Of a stretch of 46,713 nucleotides of DNA, positions 19,199 to 32,841 are shown piece by piece. The notes beneath the pieces are model-generated. The model saw only the letters and a list, made by a program, of their open reading frames with translations. It searched no databases and was not told the DNA's origin. Position 1 is the first letter of the stretch; every line of letters begins with the position of its first letter. Source of the DNA: a virus (lineage: Duplodnaviria; Heunggongvirae; Uroviricota; Caudoviricetes); IMG/VR virus record IMGVR_UViG_2563366972_000004. One strand, 5' to 3'. The position numbers were made by a program, and so were the translations under genes.

Positions 19199-19393
19199 TT
19201 ATTCATCATCACTTTGGATTGATGTATATGCTCTCTTTTCTGACGTTAGTCTCCGACGGCAGGCTTCAATGACCCAGGCTGAGAAATTCCCAGACCCTTT
19301 TTGCTCAAGAGCGATGTTAATTTGTTCAATCATTTGGTTAGGAAAGCGGATGTTGCGGGTTGTTGTTCTGCGGGTTCTGTTCTTAGTTGACAT
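19199..19393 (-). CDS. Small ribbon-helix-helix-like protein (64 aa; YlcI/DUF3950-like)
   Basis: Arg-rich N-terminus then RNIRFPNQMIEQINIALEQKGSGNFSAWVIEACRRRL, typical RHH strand-helix-helix pattern. Confidence 0.5.
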   Translation of the reverse strand: MSTKNRTRRTTTRNIRFPNQMIEQINIALEQKGSGNFSAWVIEACRRRLTSEKRAYTSIQSDDE

Positions 19394-19519
19394 GAGGTTG
19401 CCCCGTATTCAGTGTTGCTGATTTGTATTGTCTGAAGTTGTTTTTACGTTAAGTTGATGCAGATCAATTAATACGATACCTGCGTCATAATTGATTATTT
19501 GACGTGGTTTGATGGCGTA

Positions 19520-19780
19520 GATGCACGTTGTGATATGTAGATGATAATTATTATCATTTTTCGGGTCCTTTCCGGCGATCCGACAGGTTACGGGGCGGCG
19601 ACCTCGCGGGTTTTCGCTATTTATGAAAATTTTCCGGTTTAAGGCATTTCCGTTCTTCTTCGTCGTAACTTAATGTTTTTATTTAAAATACCCCCTGAAA
19701 AGAAAGGAAACGACAGGTGCTGAAAACGAGCTTTTGGGCCTCTGTCGTTTCCTTTCTCTGTTTTTGGCCGTGGAATGAAC
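19520..19780. other. cos: cos region: cosQ-cosN-cosB; 12-nt cohesive-end sequence GGGCGGCGACCT at 19593-19604
   Basis: Sequence from about 19580 to 19780 matches the recalled lambda genome ends (..CGACAGGTTACG|GGGCGGCGACCTCGCGGGTTTTCGCTATTTATGAAAATTTTCCGG..). Confidence 0.85.
19773..19780. repeat. Target site duplication GAATGAAC (left copy)
   Basis: Identical 8 bp immediately flank both ends of the IS66-family element. Confidence 0.85.
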
Positions 19781-19810
19781 GTAAGCGGCTCGCCAGAACC
19801 GTATTGATAT

Positions 19811-21382
19811 TTACCGAGTGGTCAGAGCAACCTTCCAGGGCAACAGATCGCGCACCCGGTTTGCCGGCCAGTCCGGGATATGTTCAATGACGTAACGCAG
19901 CCATTTTTCTGGCTCCACATTGTTCAGGCGGCATGTGCCGATCAGCGAGTACAACACCGCCGTATGTTCGCCACCGCTGTCGGAACCCGCGAACAGCCAG
20001 TTTTTCCGGCCTACGGCCACTCCCCGTAAGGCGTTCTCTGCGATGTTGTTGTCGATTTCCACCCAGCCATTACTGCAGTACACGTTCAGGCTGTCCCACT
20101 GTTTCAGCAGGTATGCGAACGCTTTTGCCGTATCTGAGTGACGCGACAGTGTTTTCATCTGAGTCTGTATCCAGTCATACAGTGACTGCATCAGTGGCGC
20201 AGCTCTGGCTTTTCTTGCCGCCAGACGCTGTTCTGCTGAACATCCCCGGACCTCCGCCTCAATGGCATACAGTTCACCGATACGCTGCAGGGCTTCCGTG
20301 GTGATATCGGTGGGCGCTCTTGCATGCACATCGTGGATTTTTCTCCGGGCATGAGCCATACACGCGGCTTCCGTTATTCTGCCGGATTCGTATAACGCCC
20401 GGTAACCACCGTAAGCATCGGCCTGAAGCACACCGCTGTAACCGGCCAGGTGATTCTGTGGATGGATACCTTTCCGGTCCGGACTGTACGCGAACCAGAC
20501 CGCCGGGGGCATCTGTGAACCGGCGTTACGGTCATCACGGACGTAGACCCACAGCCGGGCGGTCCGGGTTTTACCGCTGCCCGGCTCCTGGACCGGGACG
20601 GGGATATCATCAGCATGGACTTTACCGGGCATCAGCACATACTGGCGCAGGACGTCATACAGCGGCTCCAGCAGTTCAGCAACGGCACCTGTCCAGCGCC
20701 CCAGTGTGGCACGGCTCAGCTCCACTCCCTGACGACGGTATATTTCTGACTGACGGTATAACGGCAGATGGTCTGCATATTTCCCGGTGACAACATGAGC
20801 CAGAAGCCCCGCTCCGGCATAACTGCGTGTAATGGGTTTTGAAGGCACCGGTGCCTGCACGATATGGTCGCACCGGCAACAGGCCAGTTTCGGACGTTGT
20901 GTTTCGATGACCTTAAAGGCGCTGCTGATAAGTTCCAGTTGCTCTGACACATCACATCCCAGAGAAGTGAGGTCACCGCCGCAGGCCGGGCAGCATTCCT
21001 CTTCCGGCCGGATGACCCGGGTTTCACGGGGAAGTGAGGCCGGTAACGGTTTACGGGCTGAAGACTGGCGCAGGGCGGATGGCAGTGCCGGGTCATATTG
21101 CTCACCCAGTGTTTCCGCCATTTCTTCCTGAAGTGCGCTGATTCGCTCCTGTGCTTCCTGTATCTGCCGTTCGGTTTTTGCGCGAAGTTTTTCTGAGCTT
21201 TTACCGAACTGCATACGCTGCAGTTTCGCAACCAGCGCCTTCAGTCGGTTGATTTCGGAAGCATAAGCCGCCACCCGCTGTGAGAGCAGGCGGGTGTATT
21301 CAGCCATCTGGCGGATGGTGTCCTGTTGCGTCTGCAACAGTGCCCGCAGGCGGGCGTTCTCATGAGCAAGTGAGGTGTCCAT
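19811..21382 (-). CDS. IS66-family transposase TnpC (523 aa)
   Basis: Leucine-zipper N-terminus, Cys-rich CCPACG...CCRCDH motif, typical IS66 TnpC length. Confidence 0.85.
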   Translation of the reverse strand: MDTSLAHENARLRALLQTQQDTIRQMAEYTRLLSQRVAAYASEINRLKALVAKLQRMQFGKSSEKLRAKTERQIQEAQERISALQEEMAETLGEQYDPALPSALRQSSARKPLPASLPRETRVIRPEEECCPACGGDLTSLGCDVSEQLELISSAFKVIETQRPKLACCRCDHIVQAPVPSKPITRSYAGAGLLAHVVTGKYADHLPLYRQSEIYRRQGVELSRATLGRWTGAVAELLEPLYDVLRQYVLMPGKVHADDIPVPVQEPGSGKTRTARLWVYVRDDRNAGSQMPPAVWFAYSPDRKGIHPQNHLAGYSGVLQADAYGGYRALYESGRITEAACMAHARRKIHDVHARAPTDITTEALQRIGELYAIEAEVRGCSAEQRLAARKARAAPLMQSLYDWIQTQMKTLSRHSDTAKAFAYLLKQWDSLNVYCSNGWVEIDNNIAENALRGVAVGRKNWLFAGSDSGGEHTAVLYSLIGTCRLNNVEPEKWLRYVIEHIPDWPANRVRDLLPWKVALTTR

Positions 21383-21401
21383 ATCCTCACTTTACAACGG
21401 G

Positions 21402-21749
21402 TTATATGCGGATTCCAGCGCGTTCCGTTCGTTTCGGGTGCTTCCAGTTGATACCTTCAAGAAGCATGGATAACTGAGCCGGAGTAAGGTGCACCTTGCC
21501 GTCGCGGGTGACCGGCCAGACGAAGCGGCCCCGCTCCAGGCGTTTGGTGAAGAGGCACAGTCCGTCGCTGTCAGCCCACAGCACTTTTATCTGGTCACCC
21601 CGGCGTCCGCGGAAGATGAACAGGTGTCCGGAGAACGGGTCATCCTTCAGGACGTTCTGAACTTTTGATGCCAGGCCGTTAAAGCCATTCCGCATGTCAG
21701 TAATACCGGCAACCAGCCAGATACGTGAACCGGCAGGGAGAGATATCAT
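21402..21749 (-). CDS. IS66 accessory protein TnpB (115 aa)
   Basis: Typical IS66 orf2 size and position; overlaps orf1 stop. Confidence 0.8.
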   Translation of the reverse strand: MISLPAGSRIWLVAGITDMRNGFNGLASKVQNVLKDDPFSGHLFIFRGRRGDQIKVLWADSDGLCLFTKRLERGRFVWPVTRDGKVHLTPAQLSMLLEGINWKHPKRTERAGIRI

Positions 21750-22399
21750 CAGTGGCTGCTCCCTTTCATTTCGCGGATAAGTGTCTGTAATAACGCCGGC
21801 GTCAGTTTACCTTTAAGCCTGAGAGTTCCGGCCGGCAGAACCAGCTCACAGCACAGACTGTCTGGCGGTGTATTTATCTGTTCAGGTATCTGCACTGGTG
21901 CCGGGATTTTATTATCCGGCTCCGGAGTTAACGTCACGGGAAGCAGCGATGTTTCATGTTCGCCGGGCGGCTGCAGGCCGCCGTTACGCCAGAGATGCCG
22001 CCAGTTGAAGAGCAGGTTATCGTTGATTCCGTTCTCACGAGCTATTTGTGCGACACAGGCACCGGGTAAAAGAGTTTGCTGAACAAGTCTCCATTTAAAC
22101 TCCGGTGAAAATCGGTTCCGGCGGGTTTTCTCTGCTTTCACAGGCTGAGTCACTGTCGGGGTTGAAGGATATCGCCCCGGGAAAAGAGCCCGGGCCAGTT
22201 GCCTGCAGGAATATTCACCGGAAAGGGGCCAGTCAGTGAATACCTGGTGAAATCGCTTCACCAGAGAAAAAATGGCGGTTTTGCTGACACCAGTCTGCGC
22301 AGAAATGCGCGGGTACGACAGTGACTCGTCAAATCTCAGCTGTAGCACACGCAGGATCAATTCCGGATTATCTGCCAGTACCGCCTTTCGTGCATTCAT
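21749..22399 (-). CDS. IS66 accessory protein TnpA/orf1 (216 aa)
   Basis: First ORF of the IS66 operon with N-terminal HTH-like region. Confidence 0.7.
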   Translation of the reverse strand: MNARKAVLADNPELILRVLQLRFDESLSYPRISAQTGVSKTAIFSLVKRFHQVFTDWPLSGEYSCRQLARALFPGRYPSTPTVTQPVKAEKTRRNRFSPEFKWRLVQQTLLPGACVAQIARENGINDNLLFNWRHLWRNGGLQPPGEHETSLLPVTLTPEPDNKIPAPVQIPEQINTPPDSLCCELVLPAGTLRLKGKLTPALLQTLIREMKGSSH

Positions 22400-22484
22400 C
22401 TTAAATGTCCTTTTACTGCGAAAATGGACATTAGTATCGGAAACAGGAAAGGGAGGCGAAAGACGGTTTAAATGAGGCGCTTAC

Positions 22485-22492
22485 GAATGAAC
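22485..22492. repeat. Target site duplication GAATGAAC (right copy)
   Basis: Second copy; ends 1 bp before the Nu1 ATG (22494). Confidence 0.85.
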
Positions 22493-22493
22493 A

Positions 22494-23013
22494 ATGGAAG
22501 TCAACAAAAAGCAGCTGGCTGACATTTTCGGTGCGAGTATCCGTACCATTCAGAACTGGCAGGAACAGGGAATGCCCGTTCTGCGAGGCGGTGGCAAGGG
22601 TAATGAGGTGCTTTATGACTCTGCCGCCGTTATAAGATGGTATGCCGAAAGGGATGCTGAAATTGAGAACGAAAAGCTGCGCCGGGAAGTTGAAGAACTG
22701 CGGCAGGCCAGCGAGACAGATCTCCAGCCAGGGACTATTGAGTACGAACGCCATCGACTTACGCGTGCGCAGGCCGACGCACAGGAGCTGAAAAATGCCA
22801 GAGACTCCGCTGAAGTGGTGGAAACCGCATTCTGTACTTTCGTGCTGTCGCGGATCGCAGGTGAAATTGCCAGTATTCTCGACGGGATCCCCCTGTCGGT
22901 GCAGCGGCGTTTTCCGGAACTGGAAAACCGACATGTTGATTTCCTGAAACGGGATATCATCAAAGCCATGAACAAAGCAGCCGCGCTGGATGAACTGATA
23001 CCGGGGTTGCTGA

Positions 23014-23039
<26 letters not shown>
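22494..23039 (+). CDS. nu1: Terminase small subunit Nu1 (181 aa)
   Basis: MEVNKKQLADIFGASIRTIQNWQEQGMPVLRGGGKGNEVLYD... matches recalled lambda Nu1. Confidence 0.95.
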
Positions 23040-26720
<3,681 letters not shown>

Positions 26721-26740
<20 letters not shown>

Positions 26741-28040
26741 TCTCCCGCATATTGCCAGCATGGCCTTTAATGAGCCGCTGATGCTTGAACCCGCCTATGC
26801 GCGGGTTTTCTTTTGTGCGCTTGCAGGCCAGCTTGGGATCAGCCGCCTGACGGATGCGGTGTCCGGTGACAGCCTGACTGCCGGAGAGGCACCCGCGACG
26901 CTGGCGTTATCCGTTAATGATGACGGACCACGACAGGCCCGCAGTTATCAGGTCATGAACGGCATCGCCGTGCTGCCGGTGTCCGGCACGCTGGTCAGCC
27001 GGACGCGGGCGCTGCAGCCGTATTCGGGGATGACCGGTTACAACGGCATTATCGCCCGTCTGCAGCAGGCTGCCAGCGACCCGATGGTGGACGGCATTCT
27101 GCTGGATATGGACACGCCCGGCGGAATGGTGGCAGGGGCATTTGACTGCGCTGACATCATCGCCCGTGTGCGTGACATAAAGCCGGTATGGGCGCTGGCC
27201 AATGACATGAACTGCAGCGCAGGTCAGCTGCTTGCCAGTGCCGCCTCCCGGCGTCTGGTCACGCAGACCGCCCGGACAGGCTCCATCGGCGTCATGATGG
27301 CTCACAGTAATTACGGTGCTGCGCTGGAGAAACAGGGTGTGGAAATCACGCTGATTTACAGCGGCAGCCATAAGGTGGATGGCAACCCCTACAGCCATCT
27401 ACCGGATGATGTCCGGGAAACACTGCAGTCCCGGATGGATGCAACCCGCCGGATGTTTGCACAGAAGGTGTCGGCATATACCGGCCTGTCCGTGCAGGCT
27501 GTGCTGGATACCGAGGCTGCAGTGTACAGCGGTCAGGAGGCCATTGATGCCGGACTGGCTGATGAACTTGTTAACAGTACCGATGCGATCACCGTCATGC
27601 GTGATGCACTGGATACACGTAAATCCCGTCTCTCAGGAGGGCGAATGACCAAAGAGACTCAATCAACAACTGTTTCAGCCACTGCTTCGCAGGCTGACGT
27701 TACTGGCGTGGTGCAAGCGACGGAGGGCAAAAACGCCAGCGCGGCGCAGCCGGATGTGAACGCGCAGATCACCGCAGCGGTTGCGGCAGAAAACAGCCGC
27801 ATTATGGGGATCCTCAACTGTGAGGAGGCTCACGGACGCGAAGAACAGGCACGCGTGCTGGCCGAAACCCCCGGTATGACCGTGGAAACGGCCCGCCGCA
27901 TTCTGGCAGCTGCACCACAGAGTGCACAGGCGCGCAGTGACACTGCGCTGGATCGTCTGATGCAGGGGGCACCGGCACCGCTGGCTGCAGGTAACCCGGC
28001 ATCTGATGCCGTTAACGATTTGCTGAACACACCAGTGTAA
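26721..28040 (+). CDS. C: Head protease/scaffold C (439 aa, GTG start); Nu3 scaffold nested in frame in the 3' part
   Basis: VTAELRNLPHIASMAFNEPLMLEPAYARVFF... matches recalled lambda C; GGAGGAG before the GTG at 26721. Confidence 0.9.
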
Positions 28041-28049
28041 GGGATGTTT

Positions 28050-28382
28050 ATGACGAGCAAAGAAACCTTTACCCATTACCAGCCGCTGGGCAACAGTGAC
28101 CCGGCACATACGGCAACCGCGCCCGGCGGATTGAGTGCGAAAGCGCCTGCAATGACCCCGCTGATGCTGGACACCTCCACCCGTAAGCTGGTTGTGTGGG
28201 ATGGCACCACCGACGGTGCTGCCGTTGGCATTCTGGCGGTTGCTGCTGACCAGACCAGCACCACGCTGACGTTCTACAAGTCCGGCACGTTCCGTTATGA
28301 GGATGTGCTCTGGCCGGAGGCTGCCAGCGACGAGACGAAAAAACGGACCGCGTTTGCCGGAACGGCAATCAGCATCGTTTAA
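28050..28382 (+). CDS. D: Head decoration protein D (110 aa)
   Basis: [41 protein letters not shown]... matches recalled lambda gpD. Confidence 0.95.
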   Translation: MTSKETFTHYQPLGNSDPAHTATAPGGLSAKAPAMTPLMLDTSTRKLVVWDGTTDGAAVGILAVAADQTSTTLTFYKSGTFRYEDVLWPEAASDETKKRTAFAGTAISIV

Positions 28383-28437
28383 CCTTACCCTTCATCACTA
28401 AAGGCCGCCTGTGCGGCTTTTTTTACGGGATTTTTTT

Positions 28438-29463
28438 ATGTCGATGTACACAACCGCCCAGCTGCTGGCGGCAAATGAGAAGAAATTTAAGTTTGATCCG
28501 CTGTTTCTGCGTCTCTTTTTCCGTGAGAGCTATCCCTTCACCACGGAGAAAGTCTATCTCTCACAAATTCCGGGACTGGTAAACATGGCGCTGTACGTTT
28601 CGCCGATTGTTTCCGGTGAGGTTATCCGCTCCCGTGGCGGCTCCACCTCTGAATTTACACCGGGATATGTCAAGCCGAAGCATGAGGTGAATCCGCAGAT
28701 GACCCTGCGTCGCCTGCCGGATGAAGATCCACAGAATCTGGCGGACCCGGCTTACCGCCGCCGTCGCATCATCCTGCAGAACATGCGAGACGAAGAGCTG
28801 GCCATTGCTCAGGTCGAAGAGATGCAGGCCGTTTCTGCCGTGCTTAAGGGCAAATATACCATGACCGGTGAAGCCTTCGATCCGGTTGAAGTGGATATGG
28901 GCCGCAGTGTGGCGAACAACATCACGCAGTCCGGCGGTACGGAGTGGAGCAAGCGTGACAAGTCCACGTATGACCCGACCGACGATATCGAAGCCTACGC
29001 GCTGAACGCCAGCGGTGTGGTGAATATCATCGTGTTTGATCCGAAAGGCTGGGCGCTGTTCCGTTCCTTCAAAGCCGTCAAGGAGAAGCTGGATACCCGT
29101 CGCGGCTCTAATTCCGAGCTGGAGACAGCGGTAAAAGACCTGGGCGAAGTGGTGTCCTATAAGGGGATGTATGGCGATACGGCGATCGTCGTGTATTCCG
29201 GACAGTACGTGGAAAACGACGTCAAAAAGAACTTCCTGCCGGACAACACGATGGTGCTGGGGAACACTCAGGCACGCGGTCTGCGCACCTATGGCTGCAT
29301 TCAGGATGCGGACGCACAGCGCGAAGGTATTAACGCCTCTGCCCGCTACCCGAAAAACTGGGTGACCACCGGCGATCCGGCGCGTGAGTTCACCATGATT
29401 CAGTCAGCACCGCTGATGCTGCTGGCTGACCCTGATGCGTTCGTGTCCGTACAACTGGCGTAA
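28438..29463 (+). CDS. E: Major capsid protein E (341 aa)
   Basis: MSMYTTAQLLAANEKKFKFDPLFLRLFFRESYPFTTEKVY... matches recalled lambda gpE. Confidence 0.95.
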   Translation: MSMYTTAQLLAANEKKFKFDPLFLRLFFRESYPFTTEKVYLSQIPGLVNMALYVSPIVSGEVIRSRGGSTSEFTPGYVKPKHEVNPQMTLRRLPDEDPQNLADPAYRRRRIILQNMRDEELAIAQVEEMQAVSAVLKGKYTMTGEAFDPVEVDMGRSVANNITQSGGTEWSKRDKSTYDPTDDIEAYALNASGVVNIIVFDPKGWALFRSFKAVKEKLDTRRGSNSELETAVKDLGEVVSYKGMYGDTAIVVYSGQYVENDVKKNFLPDNTMVLGNTQARGLRTYGCIQDADAQREGINASARYPKNWVTTGDPAREFTMIQSAPLMLLADPDAFVSVQLA

Positions 29464-29504
29464 TCATGGCCCTTCGGGGCCATTTTCTCTCTGTGGAGGA
29501 GTCC

Positions 29505-29900
29505 ATGACGAAAGATGAACTGATTGCCCGTCTTCAGGTGCTGGGTGAGCAACTGAACCGTGATGTCAGCCTGACGGGGACGAAAGAAGAACTGGCACTC
29601 CGTGTGGCAGAGCTGGAAGAGGAGCTTGATGACACGGATGACGCTGCTGGTCAGGACACATCTGTCAGCCCGGAAAATGCGCTGACCGGACATGAAAATG
29701 AGGTTGTATCAGCGCAGCCGGATACCGTGACTGATACGGCTGATCTGGTCACGGTTGTGGCACTGGTGACGCTGCATACTGATGCACTTCACGCCACGCG
29801 GGATGAGGCTGTGGCATTTGTGCTGCCGGGAACGGCGTTCCGTGTCTCTGCCGGTGTGGCAGCCGAAATGACAGAGCGCGGCCTGGCCAGAATGCAATAA
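29505..29900 (+). CDS. FI: DNA packaging protein FI (131 aa)
   Basis: MTKDELIARLQ... and lambda gene order. Confidence 0.85.
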   Translation: MTKDELIARLQVLGEQLNRDVSLTGTKEELALRVAELEEELDDTDDAAGQDTSVSPENALTGHENEVVSAQPDTVTDTADLVTVVALVTLHTDALHATRDEAVAFVLPGTAFRVSAGVAAEMTERGLARMQ

Positions 29901-29911
29901 CGGGAGGCGCT

Positions 29912-30265
29912 GTGGCTGATTTCGATAACCTGTTCGATGCTGCCATTGTCCGCGCCGATGAAACGATACGCGGGTACATGGGAACGTCAGCCACCATGAC
30001 ATCCGGTGAGCAGTCCGGCGCAGTAATACGTGGTGTTTTTGATGACCCTGAAAATATCAGCTATGCCGGACAGGGCGTGCGCGTTGAAGGCTCCAGCCCG
30101 TCCCTGTTTGTCCGGACTGATGATGTGCGGCAGCTGCGGCGTGGAGACACGCTGACCATCGGTGAGGAAAACTTCTGGATAGACCGGGTTTCGCCGGATG
30201 ATGGTGGAAGCTGTCATCTCTGGCTTGGGCGGGGCGTACCGCCTGCCGTTAACCGTCGCCGCTGA
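29912..30265 (+). CDS. FII: Head completion protein FII (117 aa)
   Basis: MADFDNLFDAAIVRADETIRGYMGTSATMTSGEQSG... matches recalled lambda FII. Confidence 0.9.
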   Translation: MADFDNLFDAAIVRADETIRGYMGTSATMTSGEQSGAVIRGVFDDPENISYAGQGVRVEGSSPSLFVRTDDVRQLRRGDTLTIGEENFWIDRVSPDDGGSCHLWLGRGVPPAVNRRR

Positions 30266-30276
30266 AAGGGGGATGT

Positions 30277-30855
30277 ATGGCCATAAAAGGTCTTGAGCAG
30301 GCCATTGAAAACCTCAGCCGTATCAGCAAAACGGCGGTGCCTGGTGCCGCCGCAATGGCCATTAACCGCGTTGCTTCATCCGCGATATCGCAGTCGGCGT
30401 CACAGGTTGCCCGTGAGACAAAGGTACGCCGGAAACTGGTAAAGGAAAGGGCCAGGCTGAAAAGGGCCACGGTCAAAAATCCGCAGGCCAGAATCAAGGT
30501 TAACCGGGGGGATTTGCCCGTAATAAAGCTGGGTAACGCGCGGATTGTCCTGTCCCGACGCAGGCGTCGTAAAAAGGGGCAGCGTTCAGCCCTGAAAGGT
30601 GGCGGCAGCGTGCTTGTGGTGGGAAACCGTCGTATTCCCGGCGCGTTTATTCAGCAACTGAAAAATGGCCGCTGGCATGTCATGCAGCGTGTGGCCGGGA
30701 AAAACCGTTACCCCATTGATGTGGTGAAAATCCCGATGGCGGTGCCGCTGACCACGGCGTTTAAACAGAATATTGAGCGGATACGGCGTGAGCGTCTTCC
30801 GAAAGAGCTGGGCTATGCGCTGCAGCATCAACTGAGGATGGTAATAAAGCGATGA
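30277..30855 (+). CDS. Z: Tail completion protein Z (192 aa)
   Basis: Lambda gene order and size. Confidence 0.9.
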   Translation: MAIKGLEQAIENLSRISKTAVPGAAAMAINRVASSAISQSASQVARETKVRRKLVKERARLKRATVKNPQARIKVNRGDLPVIKLGNARIVLSRRRRRKKGQRSALKGGGSVLVVGNRRIPGAFIQQLKNGRWHVMQRVAGKNRYPIDVVKIPMAVPLTTAFKQNIERIRRERLPKELGYALQHQLRMVIKR

Positions 30856-31247
30856 AACATACTGAACTCCGTGCAGCCGTACTGGATGCACTGGAGAAGC
30901 ATGACACCGGGGCGACGTTTTTTGATGGTCGCCCCGCTGTTTTTGATGAGGCGGATTTTCCGGCAGTTGCCGTTTATCTCACCGGCGCTGAATACACGGG
31001 CGAAGAGCTGGACAGCGATACCTGGCAGGCGGAACTGCATATCGAAGTTTTCCTGCCTGCTCAGGTGCCGGATTCAGAGCTGGATGCGTGGATGGAGTCC
31101 CGGATTTATCCGGTGATGAGCGATATCCCGGCACTGTCAGATTTGATCACCAGTATGGTGGCCAGTGGCTATGACTACCGGCGCGACGATGATGCGGGCC
31201 TGTGGAGTTCTGCCGATCTGACTTATGTCATAACCTATGAAATGTGA
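30852..31247 (+). CDS. U: Tail terminator U (131 aa)
   Basis: Lambda gene order and size. Confidence 0.9.
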   Translation: MKHTELRAAVLDALEKHDTGATFFDGRPAVFDEADFPAVAVYLTGAEYTGEELDSDTWQAELHIEVFLPAQVPDSELDAWMESRIYPVMSDIPALSDLITSMVASGYDYRRDDDAGLWSSADLTYVITYEM

Positions 31248-31254
31248 GGACGCT

Positions 31255-31995
31255 ATGCCTGTACCAAATCCAGCAATACCGGTGAAAGGTGCCGGAACCA
31301 CCCTGTGGGTTTATAACGGGAGCGGCGACCCTTATGCGAACCCGCTTTCAGACGTTGACTGGTCGCGTCTGGCTAAAGTTAAAGACCTGACGCCCGGCGA
31401 ACTGACCGCTGAGTCCTATGACGACAGTTATCTCGATGATGAAGATGCGGACTGGACCGCGACCGGGCAGGGGCAGAAATCCGCCGGAGATACCAGCTTC
31501 ACGCTGGCGTGGATGCCCGGAGAGCAGGGGCAGCAGGCGCTGCTGGCGTGGTTTAATGAAGGTGATACCCGTGCCTATAAAATCCGCTTCCCGAACGGCA
31601 CGGTCGATGTGTTCCGTGGCTGGGTCAGCAGTATCGGTAAGGCGGTGACGGCGAAGGAAGTGATCACCCGTACGGTGAAGGTCACCAATGTGGGCCGTCC
31701 GTCAATGGCAGAAGATCGCAGTACGGTGACGGCGGCAACCGGTATGACTGTGACGCCTGCCAGCTCCTCGGTGGTGAAAGGGCAGAGCACCACGCTGACC
31801 GTAGCATTCCAGCCGGAGGGCGCAACTGACAAGAGCTTCCGTGCGGTGTCAGCGGATAAAACAAAAGCCACCGTGTCGGTCAGTGGTATGACCATCACCG
31901 TGAAAGGCGTTGCTGCAGGTAAGGTCAACATTCCGGTTGTATCCGGTAATGGTGAACTTGCTGCGGTTGCAGAAATCACTGTCACCGACAGTTAA
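31255..31995 (+). CDS. V: Major tail tube protein V (246 aa), with C-terminal Ig-like domain
   Basis: [36 protein letters not shown]... matches recalled lambda gpV. Confidence 0.95.
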   Translation: MPVPNPAIPVKGAGTTLWVYNGSGDPYANPLSDVDWSRLAKVKDLTPGELTAESYDDSYLDDEDADWTATGQGQKSAGDTSFTLAWMPGEQGQQALLAWFNEGDTRAYKIRFPNGTVDVFRGWVSSIGKAVTAKEVITRTVKVTNVGRPSMAEDRSTVTAATGMTVTPASSSVVKGQSTTLTVAFQPEGATDKSFRAVSADKTKATVSVSGMTITVKGVAAGKVNIPVVSGNGELAAVAEITVTDS

Positions 31996-32010
31996 TCCGG
32001 AGAGTCAGCG

Positions 32011-32433
32011 ATGTTCCTGAAAACCGAATCATTTGAACATAACGGCGTGACCGTCACGCTTTCTGAACTGTCAGCCCTGCAGCGTATTGAGCATCTCGCC
32101 CTGATGAAACGGCAGGCAGAACAGGCGGAGTCAGACAGCAACCGGAAGTTTACTGTGGAAGACGCCATCAGAACCGGCGCGTTTCTGGTGGCGATGTCCC
32201 TGTGGCATAACCATCCGCAGAAGACGCAGATGCCGTCCATGAATGAAGCCGTTAAACAGATTGAGCAGGAAGTGCTTACCACCTGGCCCACGGAGGCAAT
32301 TTCTCATGCTGAAAACGTGGTGTACCGGCTGTCTGGTATGTATGAGTTTGTTGTGAATAATGCCCCTGAACAGACAGAGGTCGCCGGGCCCGCAGAGCCT
32401 GTTTCTGCGGGAAAGTGTTCGACGGTGAGCTGA
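32011..32433 (+). CDS. G: Tail assembly chaperone G (140 aa)
   Basis: Lambda gene order and size; ends just after the slippery site. Confidence 0.9.
   Translation: MFLKTESFEHNGVTVTLSELSALQRIEHLALMKRQAEQAESDSNRKFTVEDAIRTGAFLVAMSLWHNHPQKTQMPSMNEAVKQIEQEVLTTWPTEAISHAENVVYRLSGMYEFVVNNAPEQTEVAGPAEPVSAGKCSTVS
32409..32415 (+). other. G-T: Programmed -1 ribosomal frameshift site G GGA AAG producing the G-T fusion (T frame continues to 32849)
   Basis: Heptamer GGGAAAG sits in the G frame just before the G stop; the -1 frame is open from here to 32849 (MFDGELSFALKLAREMG...), as in lambda. Confidence 0.85.
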
Positions 32434-32841
32434 GTTTTGCCCTGAAACTGGCGCGTGAGATGGGGCGACCCGACTGGCGTGCCATGCTTGCCGGGATGTC
32501 ATCCACGGAGTATGCCGACTGGCACCGCTTTTACAGTACCCATTATTTTCATGATGTTCTGCTGGATATGCACTTTTCCGGGCTGACGTACACCGTGCTC
32601 AGCCTGTTTTTCAGCGATCCGGATATGCATCCGCTGGATTTCAGTCTGCTGAACCGGCGCGAGGCTGACGAAGAGCCTGAAGATGATGTGCTGATGCAGA
32701 AAGCGGCAGGGCTTGCCGGAGGTGTCCGCTTTGGCCCGGACGGGAATGAAGTTATCCCTACTTCCCCGGATGTGGCGGACATGAGGGAGGATGACGTAAT
32801 GCTGATGACAGTATCAGAAGGGATCGCAGGAGGAGTCCGGT

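Larger units (their letters stand above)
19781..22484 (-). mobile_element. IS66-family insertion sequence (2704 bp) carrying three minus-strand ORFs
   Basis: Ends GTAAGCGGCTC... / ...GAGGCGCTTAC are terminal inverted repeats; three-ORF IS66 layout; 8-bp TSD. Confidence 0.85.

Noticed and set aside
19920-21231. Several plus- and minus-strand ORFs overlapping the IS66 transposase
   Set aside because: Alternative frames of a GC-rich transposase gene; the minus-strand 523-aa frame is the recognisable TnpC.
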